Of a DNA stretch of 64,000 bases, positions 46,029 through 54,564 are shown piece by piece. Position 1 is the stretch's first letter, and each line of letters begins with the position of its first letter. Location of the stretch: IMG/VR virus record IMGVR_UViG_3300042731_005302. The stretch is one strand, 5' to 3'. The translations under genes and the position numbers were made by a program. The notes under the pieces are model-generated. The model ran no database searches. It saw nothing but the letters and a program-made list of their open reading frames with translations, and was not told the DNA's origin. The DNA comes from a virus.

Positions 46029-46384
46029 GTGCAGCTCTTTTACAATTCAGACAGCCAATGTCACGGGGACATGCCGCGCCGGCTGCTACCAAGCAGAATC
46101 CGGTACTGGGCACAGTACCCGTGAAACGCTACAGGAATCGAGTGAGAAGCGCGGCAGCATAGAAGCGTACCGACACTATACGGGACAGAACCCCGTAGAG
46201 ACTGGGCAGACAAGGGGCAATAACAACCTCAATCTGGACTGTTCACCCTGCGGTACGATGGGATCTAAGATCCGCAGCCACTTACCTGGAATGTACTTCC
46301 CTCCTCCCGTCGATGCTTATGGGAGTGCAAAGCTACAGACCAGATCGGCTTGACAGCTGCAACCGTCCACGGTTCCTGGCTCAT

Positions 46385-46400
46385 GTGTAAGAAGTTACAC
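46385..46400 (+). promoter_or_regulatory. dyad motif M3 (GTGTAA-GAAG-TTACAC)
   Basis: Lies inside the ORF-poor stretch. Confidence 0.7.
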
Positions 46401-46521
46401 CTTCTTACCCTGGACGAGCGAACTTGAGCGAATACGTCAAACACCTCAGACGTGCAATGTAGCTATCAGCGCACAGACGAGAGTCTACAACCCCAGATAC
46501 TCCCACGTAGGAGATCAACCA

Positions 46522-46569
46522 AGACCGTCTCGCAAGCTTGCGACGTTATGCTGTGGTCTGATTTGTTTG
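46522..46569 (+). terminator. terminator-like hairpin
   Basis: Outer stem agacc...ggtct encloses the perfect palindrome tcgcaagcttgcga. Followed by gatttgtttg. Confidence 0.45.
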
Positions 46570-46581
46570 ACACAATCTTTC

Positions 46582-46612
46582 TGCTCTTACCTATTCTATA
46601 TAGGTGAGAGCA
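46582..46612 (+). other. 12-bp stem hairpin
   Basis: tgctcttaccta-ttctata-taggtgagagca, with one G:T pair. Confidence 0.45.
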
Positions 46613-46628
46613 CTTTCTTGAGTTAGAG

Positions 46629-46644
46629 GTGTAATTTGTTACAC
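46629..46644 (+). promoter_or_regulatory. dyad motif M4 (GTGTAA-TTTG-TTACAC)
   Basis: 61 nt upstream of ATG 46705. Bracketed by the inverted repeat agcactttct / agaaagtgct. Confidence 0.7.
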
Positions 46645-46704
46645 GTTATGCCGTTAATTCAGAGAAAGTGCTTTCTTAACGTCAAACTAATGGGAGTTAA
46701 TGAT

Positions 46705-46944
46705 ATGTTTTCTTACGCTTATTTCGTTGAAGCCTGCCAGAAACTAGTAGAGAAAACCACAGTACGTAATTTTTGGGCATTGCTGCACGCCTACCGGAAA
46801 CTGCTGGAAGCTGGCCTGCACGCCAGTGAGAGTTTCGACAGAGCCGTCATGGCGGCCTACCACCGAGAGGGATGGGATTCTTACCATACCCGGGTCATGG
46901 CAGAGGAAGCGGAGCGCTGGCTTCGCGTCAACGGCTACAACTAG
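46705..46944 (+). CDS. hypothetical protein
   Basis: GGGAG SD 8 nt upstream. 79 aa. Followed by a terminator. Confidence 0.5.
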   Translation: MFSYAYFVEACQKLVEKTTVRNFWALLHAYRKLLEAGLHASESFDRAVMAAYHREGWDSYHTRVMAEEAERWLRVNGYN

Positions 46945-46967
46945 CCGTTGCCATAATTTCACCTATA

Positions 46968-46997
46968 CAAAGGCCGCGAAAATCGGCCTTTGTTTTT
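46968..46997 (+). terminator. rho-independent terminator
   Basis: caaaggccg-cgaaaat-cggcctttg followed by ttttt. Confidence 0.75.
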
Positions 46998-47111
46998 CTA
47001 AACACCTAGTAGTCAAAGCTCAGCCGGCCCGCGCCGGTACTGAGCCGGATTGAAACCAACTGCCGACGCGCGGGATCGGCTGGAGCGCCTGGTTAGGCGC
47101 GGGAGGAAAGA

Positions 47112-47321
47112 ATGAAGGTTGTACATAAAAGCAAGTCTTGCAGAATAATAGTGAAGAAAAACGGAAGATTTTATCTTCAGTGGAGACCCTTTTGGTGGGT
47201 CTTCTGGTGGGAGACATACTCTGACCCTTGGGGGAAATATGTGTATGAAAAAGAAGAAGACGCGCTTATTGATTATGAGCGCCTCAGGGACGAAGGACCG
47301 GCCGGACTGGCAATGCTGTAG
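47112..47321 (+). CDS. hypothetical Trp-rich protein
   Basis: GGGAGGAAAG SD upstream. 69 aa. Confidence 0.5.
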   Translation: MKVVHKSKSCRIIVKKNGRFYLQWRPFWWVFWWETYSDPWGKYVYEKEEDALIDYERLRDEGPAGLAML

Positions 47322-47397
47322 GAGCGCCTAACGATTGCGCTCAGCCGGCCCGCGCCGGCACCGAGCCAGAGATCAAAACCAAACGCCAATTAGTTAG

Positions 47398-47413
47398 GTG
47401 TAATTTGTTACAC
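47398..47413 (+). promoter_or_regulatory. dyad motif M5 (GTGTAA-TTTG-TTACAC; arms extend to TTAGGTGTAA)
   Basis: 32 nt upstream of ATG 47445. Confidence 0.7.
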
Positions 47414-47444
47414 CTAATTACAACAACCCGTAGGAGATCAAAAG

Positions 47445-47645
47445 ATGAACTTATTAGCCTATGCAAAACAACACAATATTTCAGAAGAAATCCTGGATGA
47501 TTTCGTCCACGATGTAGCCAGCGATATGGCCACTGCCACCAACAACGGTGGCCTGTCTGAGCAGATCCAATTTCTTACCACTACGGTAGGAGAAGAGCAA
47601 ACAAAAAGCATCCTCCAGGCTATTGTCAAGGCCGAAGCATCTTAA
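47445..47645 (+). CDS. hypothetical acidic protein
   Basis: GTAGGAGA SD upstream. 66 aa. Confidence 0.55.
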   Translation: MNLLAYAKQHNISEEILDDFVHDVASDMATATNNGGLSEQIQFLTTTVGEEQTKSILQAIVKAEAS

Positions 47646-47649
47646 TAGG

Positions 47650-47665
47650 GTGTAATTTGTTACAC
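47650..47665 (+). promoter_or_regulatory. dyad motif M6 (GTGTAA-TTTG-TTACAC)
   Basis: Starts 5 nt after stop 47645. 151 nt upstream of ATG 47816. Confidence 0.7.
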
Positions 47666-47815
47666 CTAGCCAAATCGCAGCGTCATGTTGGCGCTCATAG
47701 AGCGCTCCAGCCTCAGGGCCTTAGTCACCGGCAACGAGGCGGTTATAGAGGCTGCAGCGCAGCAGTTGCCAGCCTCTGAGTACAACAAACTCGTAAGACA
47801 CATGAGGAGATTCCA

Positions 47816-48139
47816 ATGATCACGGGCACCGTTATCCACGGCACGATGAGGCCGCAGGATCTGATTCCTGCGTTCCTAGTGGTGCTTCACGAGATGGCAA
47901 AGGAAGATCCCACCGCCTCTGCGGTTGAAGAGCAGTGCGCTGGGTATCCCCTCGGCTTTGTACCCTCCTACGCCATGGAGGACGAGGACTCGGAATGGTG
48001 GTATTCCGAAGAGGCAAACAGCAGACTGGAGGAGTTGTTCTATATTCTCCACAATCTGGCCCCGGAGGGTTACTACTTCGGCTCCCATCCAGGCGACGGG
48101 TCAGACTATGGTTTCTGGGAAATCGAGGAGGAATTATGA
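47816..48139 (+). CDS. hypothetical acidic protein
   Basis: GAGGAGA SD upstream. 107 aa. Confidence 0.6.
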   Translation: MITGTVIHGTMRPQDLIPAFLVVLHEMAKEDPTASAVEEQCAGYPLGFVPSYAMEDEDSEWWYSEEANSRLEELFYILHNLAPEGYYFGSHPGDGSDYGFWEIEEEL

Positions 48140-48357
48140 CCCTGACTCTCTACATGAAGTCCGGCAACAAAATAGTCCTGAAAGGAATAAAGGACTACAA
48201 ATACGGATACAAGGGAAACGAGATTATCAGCCTGACAATCGAGAGGCAAAAGTGGGCGCAAATCGCCAGCAAGTTCTTTGGGACAGAAGTACTTCCCGTA
48301 GGCTCTACGGACTTGTCACAGATTGAGGCCCTAACAGTTAGGAGGATATTCTCATGA
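48136..48357 (+). CDS. hypothetical protein
   Basis: ATGA overlap with the upstream gene. GAGGAGGA SD upstream. 73 aa. Confidence 0.5.
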   Translation: MTLTLYMKSGNKIVLKGIKDYKYGYKGNEIISLTIERQKWAQIASKFFGTEVLPVGSTDLSQIEALTVRRIFS

Positions 48358-48596
48358 AACTCCCTAGCGTGAAAGACCTGGCTCCGCTCACCACAAAGGC
48401 GGGACTCGCAGAGAAGCTTTATCCGAGCGTAATCTATGATACGGCGCTCCCGCAGGGTTGGGTTGATATCTGTATGGCCAATGGCTTCGACCCACGACCC
48501 TGTGTCATTTGGGGCTACCTAGCAGGGAACGTCTTTGGCAAGCCCCTGCCCCTTACAGCAGAGGCAGAAGAGTTCCTACGTATAATGTATCCGTGA
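48354..48596 (+). CDS. hypothetical protein
   Basis: ATGA overlap with the upstream gene. AGGAGGA SD upstream. 80 aa. Confidence 0.5.
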   Translation: MKLPSVKDLAPLTTKAGLAEKLYPSVIYDTALPQGWVDICMANGFDPRPCVIWGYLAGNVFGKPLPLTAEAEEFLRIMYP

Positions 48597-48613
48597 TTAT
48601 ACGTTTGTTTGTT

Positions 48614-48660
48614 AAAAGCTGTTAGTCGAAACAAACCTTTGGCTAACAGCTTTTGTTGTT
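48614..48660 (+). terminator. rho-independent terminator ending the early operon
   Basis: aaaagctgttag...ctaacagctttt forms a 12-bp stem, followed by gttgtttgtt. Confidence 0.65.
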
Positions 48661-49420
48661 TGTTCGTACTCTTCCACAAAGGCCGCAACTTTACCACAGA
48701 AGCCAGCTTCCCGCAGGGTTGGGCAATTTTTACTTGTTTTTATATTTTAGAATAAGTAACTATATTATATCTTGTCTATATATTTGGGTATAGGGCAAGA
48801 CAGGGGTCAAATTTTTTTTCGACAAAATGTTATTAAAAAAAAATGAACTTTTTTTGATTTCTAAGGAAAGCTTAAACTGCGTATCGCAAAGTTAATATTA
48901 AATTACAAAACTATACCGATAATCAAAAAAAATTCTTTATTTTTTAATTTTCAAGTTGACACCTAAACGTTCCTAAAATCCATATCGTTTCCACGCAAAG
49001 CACTTTTTCAGTCATCTCATTCCTTTTTGGCCGAAATTCCTTACGGGTTTCAGTAACTTGGGTAATCAGCAAAAAAACCTGAAGGACGGATTCGTGATAA
49101 ATTATGACGTACCTCGCCGGGATTAACCTTCACAAATCCTGAATAGAGGGGTCTACTCCGAAAAAACTTTGACTACGACTTAAATTACATTAAAGACGAT
49201 CTATGTTATGGATCTTTTTAAACGAATTATGTCTTTTTTTGATTTAAATCCTAAGTTGCAGGAAAACACTTTTTTTCTAAGTCATTATTGCGAAACTAAC
49301 CTCCAGATAAGTTTTCAACTTCTATAATCTTACTTACACTACCGAGCAGCGATTTACTTGCACTTGTACGCCACTTGCATTACTCTGTAATCTCTCATTT
49401 TCTCCTTAGGAGTTCGTAAG

Positions 49421-50653
49421 ATGCCGTATAAGTCAGAGGTCTTCACGCATGTAACTCGCATGGCCGATACTTTGATGGTCGGCAGGTCCACCTTCCATCC
49501 CATTCCTGCTAAGGTTCGCAATCCCGGCGAAGTCTTAACCATGTTGCGCTACGACTCCCACCCCGATGACTCCCGCCTAGGCGACCTGATGGGTTCTGGC
49601 CTGCTGGAACAGCTTCAAAGAAAAAACTTAGGGGACGGTACAGCCAAGGTGGATTTTCTCTGCTGCTGCGGCTCTAGGCATTCCCTGACCCTACAGACAT
49701 TAAGGCGGCGTCTCATCAGTGGCCGTAGTTTCTACCTGCCCCCTCTGTCAAGCCACGAAGGCGGAGACAAGGATAAAATGCCCTACAACGAGGAGGAGGC
49801 CAGGGTAACAGACCTACAGCCCTTTTTCAGCCTGCAGTCAAAGAATGAGTCTTATCCTTTCGTCTGCCCTCACATACAGAACATCTTAAAGGAGGCGTAC
49901 CCTGCCGCCTTCAGTGTCTGGAGCAATCTAAGGGGCAGTGTTGTGAAGGCAGTACAGGCCGCTCAGAACCCTGTAGTTCAGTGGCGTTGGTTTCGCAGGG
50001 ACCTAGGCTTCTTTTTCTTCCTGCAAGATGTCGGACTCCCCGACCACGAACATCAAATACTAAGCAGAAAAGTACAGCGGGGAATCTTCGTAAAAGAGCA
50101 GTTCACTTGGGTGGAGCCCGGACAAGCCCCCCTAAAGCGGGCATATAACCTGCATACAGGTCTCCCTGCCAGGGCACAGGCCAATCTCATGCAACGGTTT
50201 AGATCCCTCCACCATCGAGCCCGGACTAACAACTACGACCTTCATTTCACAGATGTGGAACAATTCATACAGGCCTTGCAGCCTCTGCCGAAAGGCTTCA
50301 ACGACGACCCTAGGAAGTGGAGAATTCACTTCTCAGAGCCCACCCGAAGGGGGTATGGGCCTGACAACTTCGAGTGGAGGCAAAATGAAGCCTATACCCA
50401 AGAGTACGGCACCTCGATAGCCCCGGAGCGGGTAAAGCCGGTCACCAACTGCACCCAACTGCACGACATGTTGAGGCCGGAGTCCCCTGAGGACTTTCTG
50501 AATAAGTTAGCTCTGCTATTCCGGCAACTGGACACCCTGAACTCTAGTGATCTTCTCTGCCCTGAGCCGGCATGGGTGAGCACTGAGGTGGGAATAAGAC
50601 CGGACGTGATGGAGACTATCATAAAGAAGGTGCAGGAGGCGGAACCAGAATAG
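49421..50653 (+). CDS. hypothetical 410-aa protein, first gene after the AT-rich gap
   Basis: TTAGGAG SD upstream. I recognise no motifs by eye. Confidence 0.7.
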   Translation: MPYKSEVFTHVTRMADTLMVGRSTFHPIPAKVRNPGEVLTMLRYDSHPDDSRLGDLMGSGLLEQLQRKNLGDGTAKVDFLCCCGSRHSLTLQTLRRRLISGRSFYLPPLSSHEGGDKDKMPYNEEEARVTDLQPFFSLQSKNESYPFVCPHIQNILKEAYPAAFSVWSNLRGSVVKAVQAAQNPVVQWRWFRRDLGFFFFLQDVGLPDHEHQILSRKVQRGIFVKEQFTWVEPGQAPLKRAYNLHTGLPARAQANLMQRFRSLHHRARTNNYDLHFTDVEQFIQALQPLPKGFNDDPRKWRIHFSEPTRRGYGPDNFEWRQNEAYTQEYGTSIAPERVKPVTNCTQLHDMLRPESPEDFLNKLALLFRQLDTLNSSDLLCPEPAWVSTEVGIRPDVMETIIKKVQEAEPE

Positions 50654-50669
50654 GTGTAACAAGTTACAC
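50654..50669 (+). promoter_or_regulatory. dyad motif M7 (GTGTAA-CAAG-TTACAC; arms extend to TAGGTGTAAC)
   Basis: The upstream stop codon TAG abuts the motif. 41 nt upstream of ATG 50710. Confidence 0.7.
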
Positions 50670-50709
50670 CTACAATCAATCACCCAACCAAGCACAATAG
50701 GAGACCACA

Positions 50710-51348
50710 ATGTCCACCAAACTTACGAAAATCATGCGCAAAGAGGCCCTTAACAACGTCTTAGCGGCCACCATCAACAAGCGGCATAAAGCTCTCTTAC
50801 AGCAGGCGTCTGCCTTTGTAAGGAAGGCCCTACTCAACACAATCTCAAAGGAAGTCCAGGAATGGCTGGACTCGGCCCCGGAAGGCTGCCGCGTGGATAT
50901 GGTAGGGAGTCTGAGCATCTACATGAAGCCGGACCCAAGCCGTAACGAACATAGGTGGGATGACCCAGTAGCCAAGCAGAGGGCAGAGCTGGTTACAGAT
51001 CGGTACTATAGTAGTGTCACGCAGATATCTATCATCCCTGTCAAGATCCCACCGAACTACAGTCACGGCTACAGCGTTACCCTTGAGAGCAAAGAGGAAT
51101 TGCAGGCCTGGGCGGCCCTTGCCAAGAAATTCGACAAATTGGCCGAGGATACAAAGAAGGTCTGGACCACGGTCAAGGCAGCTCTGGAGGCCTGCACCAC
51201 CGTCAAGCAGGTGGAGGAGAGGTATCCCGACCTGGTGCAGTATCTTCCTGAGACGGCCCCACGGACTAAGGCACTGGCCGTCACCAATGTCGCGGTAGTG
51301 AGGGTCCTTGCCTGCGGTAAGACCGGCGACAAGAAGGATTGCAAATAG
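50710..51348 (+). CDS. hypothetical protein (possibly Nmad5-like nucleotide-modification-associated family; from recollection only)
   Basis: ATAGGAGA SD upstream. 212 aa. N-terminal KLTKIMRKEALNNV and C-terminal ALEACTTVKQVEERYPDLVQYLPE recall that family. Unverified. Confidence 0.35.
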   Translation: MSTKLTKIMRKEALNNVLAATINKRHKALLQQASAFVRKALLNTISKEVQEWLDSAPEGCRVDMVGSLSIYMKPDPSRNEHRWDDPVAKQRAELVTDRYYSSVTQISIIPVKIPPNYSHGYSVTLESKEELQAWAALAKKFDKLAEDTKKVWTTVKAALEACTTVKQVEERYPDLVQYLPETAPRTKALAVTNVAVVRVLACGKTGDKKDCK

Positions 51349-51359
51349 GAGCCAATCCA

Positions 51360-51854
51360 ATGGCAACAGAACACTACCTTCCACCAACATACTTGGAACT
51401 GGAATGGTCCAGCCCACGGTTCCAAGTTAATGGCGGAATTATCAGCCTACTCACTACCTGCACAATCCTCAATCAACTGCCGGCCTGGCTGGAAGAGGAC
51501 ATGCGCACCGTCAATAGGACAGCTTGCCTGTCCTGGGACAGAGGGCTGGGGGAGTACAACCACGTCAGCTTGGAAGAATCTCATGAGTTGCTGCAGAAGA
51601 GAAAGGAAGAAGTCGGGAACGACATGATGAAGCTGTTCAAGCTATTCGTAGAGGCTCACAACGGAACAGTCCTACAGAACTTCGGTGACGGCAGCGATCC
51701 TAAGCTCTGCCAAAGGTTGGACGGGGTGTTTCCACTTCAAGCCGAGGACCTGCGGCAACGAATCAAGGTGGCTGAAGACAACCTGCAATGGCTTCTGGAT
51801 AAACAGAAACAACTGAGGCGGGAGGCGGCTGAGAAGCTGGCTGATGGTCAATAG
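51360..51854 (+). CDS. hypothetical protein
   Basis: ATAGGAG SD upstream. 164 aa. Confidence 0.6.
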   Translation: MATEHYLPPTYLELEWSSPRFQVNGGIISLLTTCTILNQLPAWLEEDMRTVNRTACLSWDRGLGEYNHVSLEESHELLQKRKEEVGNDMMKLFKLFVEAHNGTVLQNFGDGSDPKLCQRLDGVFPLQAEDLRQRIKVAEDNLQWLLDKQKQLRREAAEKLADGQ

Positions 51855-51870
51855 GTGTAACAAGTTACAC
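51855..51870 (+). promoter_or_regulatory. dyad motif M8 (GTGTAA-CAAG-TTACAC)
   Basis: Abuts stop 51852..51854. 22 nt upstream of ATG 51892. The 32-nt block aggtgtaacaagttacaccacaacgtaggagc is identical to the one at 57321. Confidence 0.7.
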
Positions 51871-51891
51871 CACAACGTAGGAGCCCCAACA

Positions 51892-52158
51892 ATGAAACCA
51901 AGATTCTACGGCAGACAACAAGGCTGGAATTACGAGAAGGCAGTGAAGTACAACGACAGAGTAGACGGCATCCTCTACCTGTCGGAGCTGGCCGGCCCCA
52001 ACGGTGCCCACTACCACCTGTTCGTAGACCGGAACACAACCATACATTACCTGACGACGGTGCTTCTGCCGAAGTTCCAAGCTCATGGCGACGTGGTGTC
52101 ATGGAGCTACAACTTTATTCCTGAAGTTCCTAAAAAAGATGAAAGGGAGGAGGTATAA
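51892..52158 (+). CDS. hypothetical protein
   Basis: GTAGGAGC SD upstream. 88 aa. Confidence 0.55.
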   Translation: MKPRFYGRQQGWNYEKAVKYNDRVDGILYLSELAGPNGAHYHLFVDRNTTIHYLTTVLLPKFQAHGDVVSWSYNFIPEVPKKDEREEV

Positions 52159-52440
52159 ATGAAACACACGCCAGGACCCTGGAAAGTAAAGCCGTGTCCC
52201 TACTGTCGAAAAGACTGCAAAGGTTTAATGGCACTCCCTATTACAAAAATGCCGGGGGCCGTAGTTAGCAAAGCTGACGCACGCCCGATAGCAGCAGCCC
52301 CTGAGCTACTGGCAGCTGCTGAAATCGCGCAAGATGCTTTGAAATACTATCTGGAGTACGGGGAGTTCCCTTTATTTCCTGACGCATCACTCGTGGTTGA
52401 GGAGCTAACCGCAGCCATTAAGAAAGCCACTGGCAAGTAA
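52159..52440 (+). CDS. hypothetical protein
   Basis: GGGAGGAGG SD upstream. 93 aa. The HTPGPW N-terminus is common in phage orphan proteins. Confidence 0.6.
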   Translation: MKHTPGPWKVKPCPYCRKDCKGLMALPITKMPGAVVSKADARPIAAAPELLAAAEIAQDALKYYLEYGEFPLFPDASLVVEELTAAIKKATGK

Positions 52441-52454
52441 TAGGAGGAAGACGG

Positions 52455-52670
52455 GTGAAACTCTTAGTCGTAAACCTACAGAATCCTGAGCTGACGCACT
52501 ACCACGACCCAAAGACTATAGGTTCATGGCTGCTATGGGGCCGTCGCCTGTCCAACTATCCCATGTTCCTAGTCTACCCTGATGGTTCTACCATACCTTT
52601 TGAATACCCCAGTGCGGAGGTAGGAGAAATACAGAAGGCTGTAGACAGCATATTCAGCTTATTCCCATAA
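52455..52670 (+). CDS. hypothetical protein
   Basis: GTG start after TAGGAGGAAG. 71 aa. Confidence 0.45.
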   Translation: MKLLVVNLQNPELTHYHDPKTIGSWLLWGRRLSNYPMFLVYPDGSTIPFEYPSAEVGEIQKAVDSIFSLFP

Positions 52671-52680
52671 GGCCCCAGCC

Positions 52681-52911
52681 ATGCCCTACATCTGCGACAA
52701 CCCGGCCTGCCCAAACCACATAGAGCTGGCCACTAGAGAAGCCAACGTGCCCTACATCGACACGGTCAGAGACGGGTTCGTATACCGCATAGAGCGCTAC
52801 CTGTATGGGCGGCATGACAGCCCTGACAGAATATACTTCTGCCATGCCTGCCATACTGCGGTCCAACTGACTAGGCGTTCTAATAACGGCAATAACCGGG
52901 CTCACGGCTGA
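52681..52911 (+). CDS. hypothetical Cys/His-rich protein
   Basis: 76 aa with CDNPAC...CHACH. Confidence 0.5.
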   Translation: MPYICDNPACPNHIELATREANVPYIDTVRDGFVYRIERYLYGRHDSPDRIYFCHACHTAVQLTRRSNNGNNRAHG

Positions 52912-52976
52912 GCTAGGAATGAAACAGCGGAGTCTAATCGCTCCGGTTCATTAACTGAGTAAGAACGGCGGATCCT

Positions 52977-53153
52977 ATGACAAAACGGGACCATAAGAAG
53001 CAACTGGTGGGAGCACTCGTAACCATGTTGCGGGCTGGTAAGGTCCTTCAGGGCGACAAAGACCTTGCAGAGGACAACGAAGTAAAGAAACGCATCGACG
53101 TAGAACTGGCGCTTGCCGACGAACTAGAGAGGCGCTATCGCGTGGGCGCTTAA
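52977..53153 (+). CDS. possible small protein (58 aa, below the ORF-track cutoff)
   Basis: ATG 52977 to TAA 53151..53153. It fills an otherwise empty 270-nt gap. The antisense ORF 52975..53178 is less plausible. Confidence 0.4.
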   Translation: MTKRDHKKQLVGALVTMLRAGKVLQGDKDLAEDNEVKKRIDVELALADELERRYRVGA

Positions 53154-53182
53154 ATCCTTCTAAACACATAGGAGCCAAACAA

Positions 53183-53587
53183 ATGAGCTACGACATTTAC
53201 CTGACAAACCCCGTCACACAAGAGCCCCTACACCTGGACGAGCCCCACCACATGCGAGGAGGCACCTACGCACTCGGCGGGACCACAGAGGCCCGCCTGA
53301 ATGTTACCTACAACTACGGTAAACATTTCCGCCGGGTGTTCAGTGACGAGAACGTAGAGCTAACTCAATTCGAGCGACTCTTCGGCGGAGGAGAGACCGG
53401 CATCCGACGCCTGTATGGAACGACAGGCGCAGAGAGCATTCCTGTCCTGGAGGCCGCGATCAAGCAGCTCAAGGACGATGTCAGTGAAAACTACTGGGAG
53501 GCTACGGAAGGCAACGCAAAGCAGGCCTTGTTACAACTGCTGGCGCTGGCGAGAATGAGGCCTGACGGAGTGTGGGCCGGGGACTAG
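53183..53587 (+). CDS. hypothetical protein
   Basis: ATAGGAGC SD upstream. 134 aa. Confidence 0.6.
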   Translation: MSYDIYLTNPVTQEPLHLDEPHHMRGGTYALGGTTEARLNVTYNYGKHFRRVFSDENVELTQFERLFGGGETGIRRLYGTTGAESIPVLEAAIKQLKDDVSENYWEATEGNAKQALLQLLALARMRPDGVWAGD

Positions 53588-53717
53588 CCACTTAATCAAA
53601 CCCCTCAGGCTGTGGCCCCGTGACCTGAGGACTCCATCCACAACCTAATAGAGGAGGTACAGGCCAAGCAGAGAAAACCGGACACTACGGGGCACTAACG
53701 TCAATATTGGAGCTACC

Positions 53718-53900
53718 ATGAAAAATACTTATAACAACCGGACCCATAAAGTAAATAAATACAGATGCCCTGTCTGCGGCTGGCAGGGCACTGCTGAGGA
53801 CATGAAACTATCAGAGCCTCAGGTTATAAAGGACGTGGCCGCAGTACTGTATACAAGGGTCTGCCCACGATGTGGGCATGACGAACTTACTAAGGTGTAA
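53718..53900 (+). CDS. small zinc-ribbon protein
   Basis: CPVCG...CPRCG. 60 aa. The stop TAA lies inside motif M9. Confidence 0.5.
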   Translation: MKNTYNNRTHKVNKYRCPVCGWQGTAEDMKLSEPQVIKDVAAVLYTRVCPRCGHDELTKV

Positions 53901-53910
53901 CAAGTTACAC
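53895..53910 (+). promoter_or_regulatory. dyad motif M9 (GTGTAA-CAAG-TTACAC)
   Basis: 26 nt upstream of ATG 53936. Confidence 0.7.
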
Positions 53911-53935
53911 CTACAAACACATAGGAGCAATAACA

Positions 53936-54229
53936 ATGAGCATGCAAAAATTTGCAGCCAGAGAGCGATATGAGTTCGCAAACGGTGCTGTTGGCTGGGG
54001 ACCCGGAGGCCCCTTCGACTGCTTGGGGCCATTTGCAAAAGTGCAGAACTGTCCTGTCGAGGGGACGGACAAACGATATACCTGCTATGCCACAGGCATA
54101 GCTGACACATTCTTCTCCATTCCGGCCTGCACCAAAATCAAGGGGAAATATATCGTCGGGTATTTTACCCGTGAGGACGATGCTTGCGTATTCCGGCCCC
54201 ATAACGACTACAAGGCCTTCGTCAAGTGA
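53936..54229 (+). CDS. hypothetical protein
   Basis: ATAGGAGC SD upstream. 97 aa. Confidence 0.55.
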   Translation: MSMQKFAARERYEFANGAVGWGPGGPFDCLGPFAKVQNCPVEGTDKRYTCYATGIADTFFSIPACTKIKGKYIVGYFTREDDACVFRPHNDYKAFVK

Positions 54230-54552
54230 GACCCCTATCCCAGCCCTACAGCCCAAAGACCAAGCTTGGCAACCGCACCATCGTCAAGGTCCTTGTCCTG
54301 GCCAAGCCAACGTCCAAGACCAAGTACCTGGTCATGAACCCCTGCGGTCATACCTCTGTGGTGACTCACAAGTCACTTTACGACCCGGCAGTTAGGGCCA
54401 CTGTCAACTGTCCTGAATGTAAGGCCAAGGCCCTGGCAGCCGGCAACAGAGAGAACAAATGGGCTCTGAAAGACAAGAGCCGGCTGATCAAGAAAGGCTC
54501 TCACGACTGGGCTAGAAGGCTAATGGCCGGCAGCTTACAACAGAACACATAG
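54226..54552 (+). CDS. hypothetical protein with CxxC pair
   Basis: GTGA overlap start. NPCGH...CPECK. 108 aa. Confidence 0.45.
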   Translation: MRPLSQPYSPKTKLGNRTIVKVLVLAKPTSKTKYLVMNPCGHTSVVTHKSLYDPAVRATVNCPECKAKALAAGNRENKWALKDKSRLIKKGSHDWARRLMAGSLQQNT

Positions 54553-54564
54553 GAGCAAAACGCA

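Noticed and set aside
45994-46353. 119-aa ORF in the ORF-poor region, considered as a real gene.
   Set aside because: It has a TTG start, no SD, an unusual Cys/Arg/Thr/Gly-rich composition and begins just upstream of a dyad motif. I treat it as non-coding, but this should be tested (see the ncRNA finding).
44340-49420. tRNA or tmRNA genes in the AT-rich or ORF-poor regions.
   Set aside because: I could not fold any cloverleaf with a T-loop GTTCRANNC and acceptor-stem pairing by eye. A tRNAscan-SE/ARAGORN run is still advisable.
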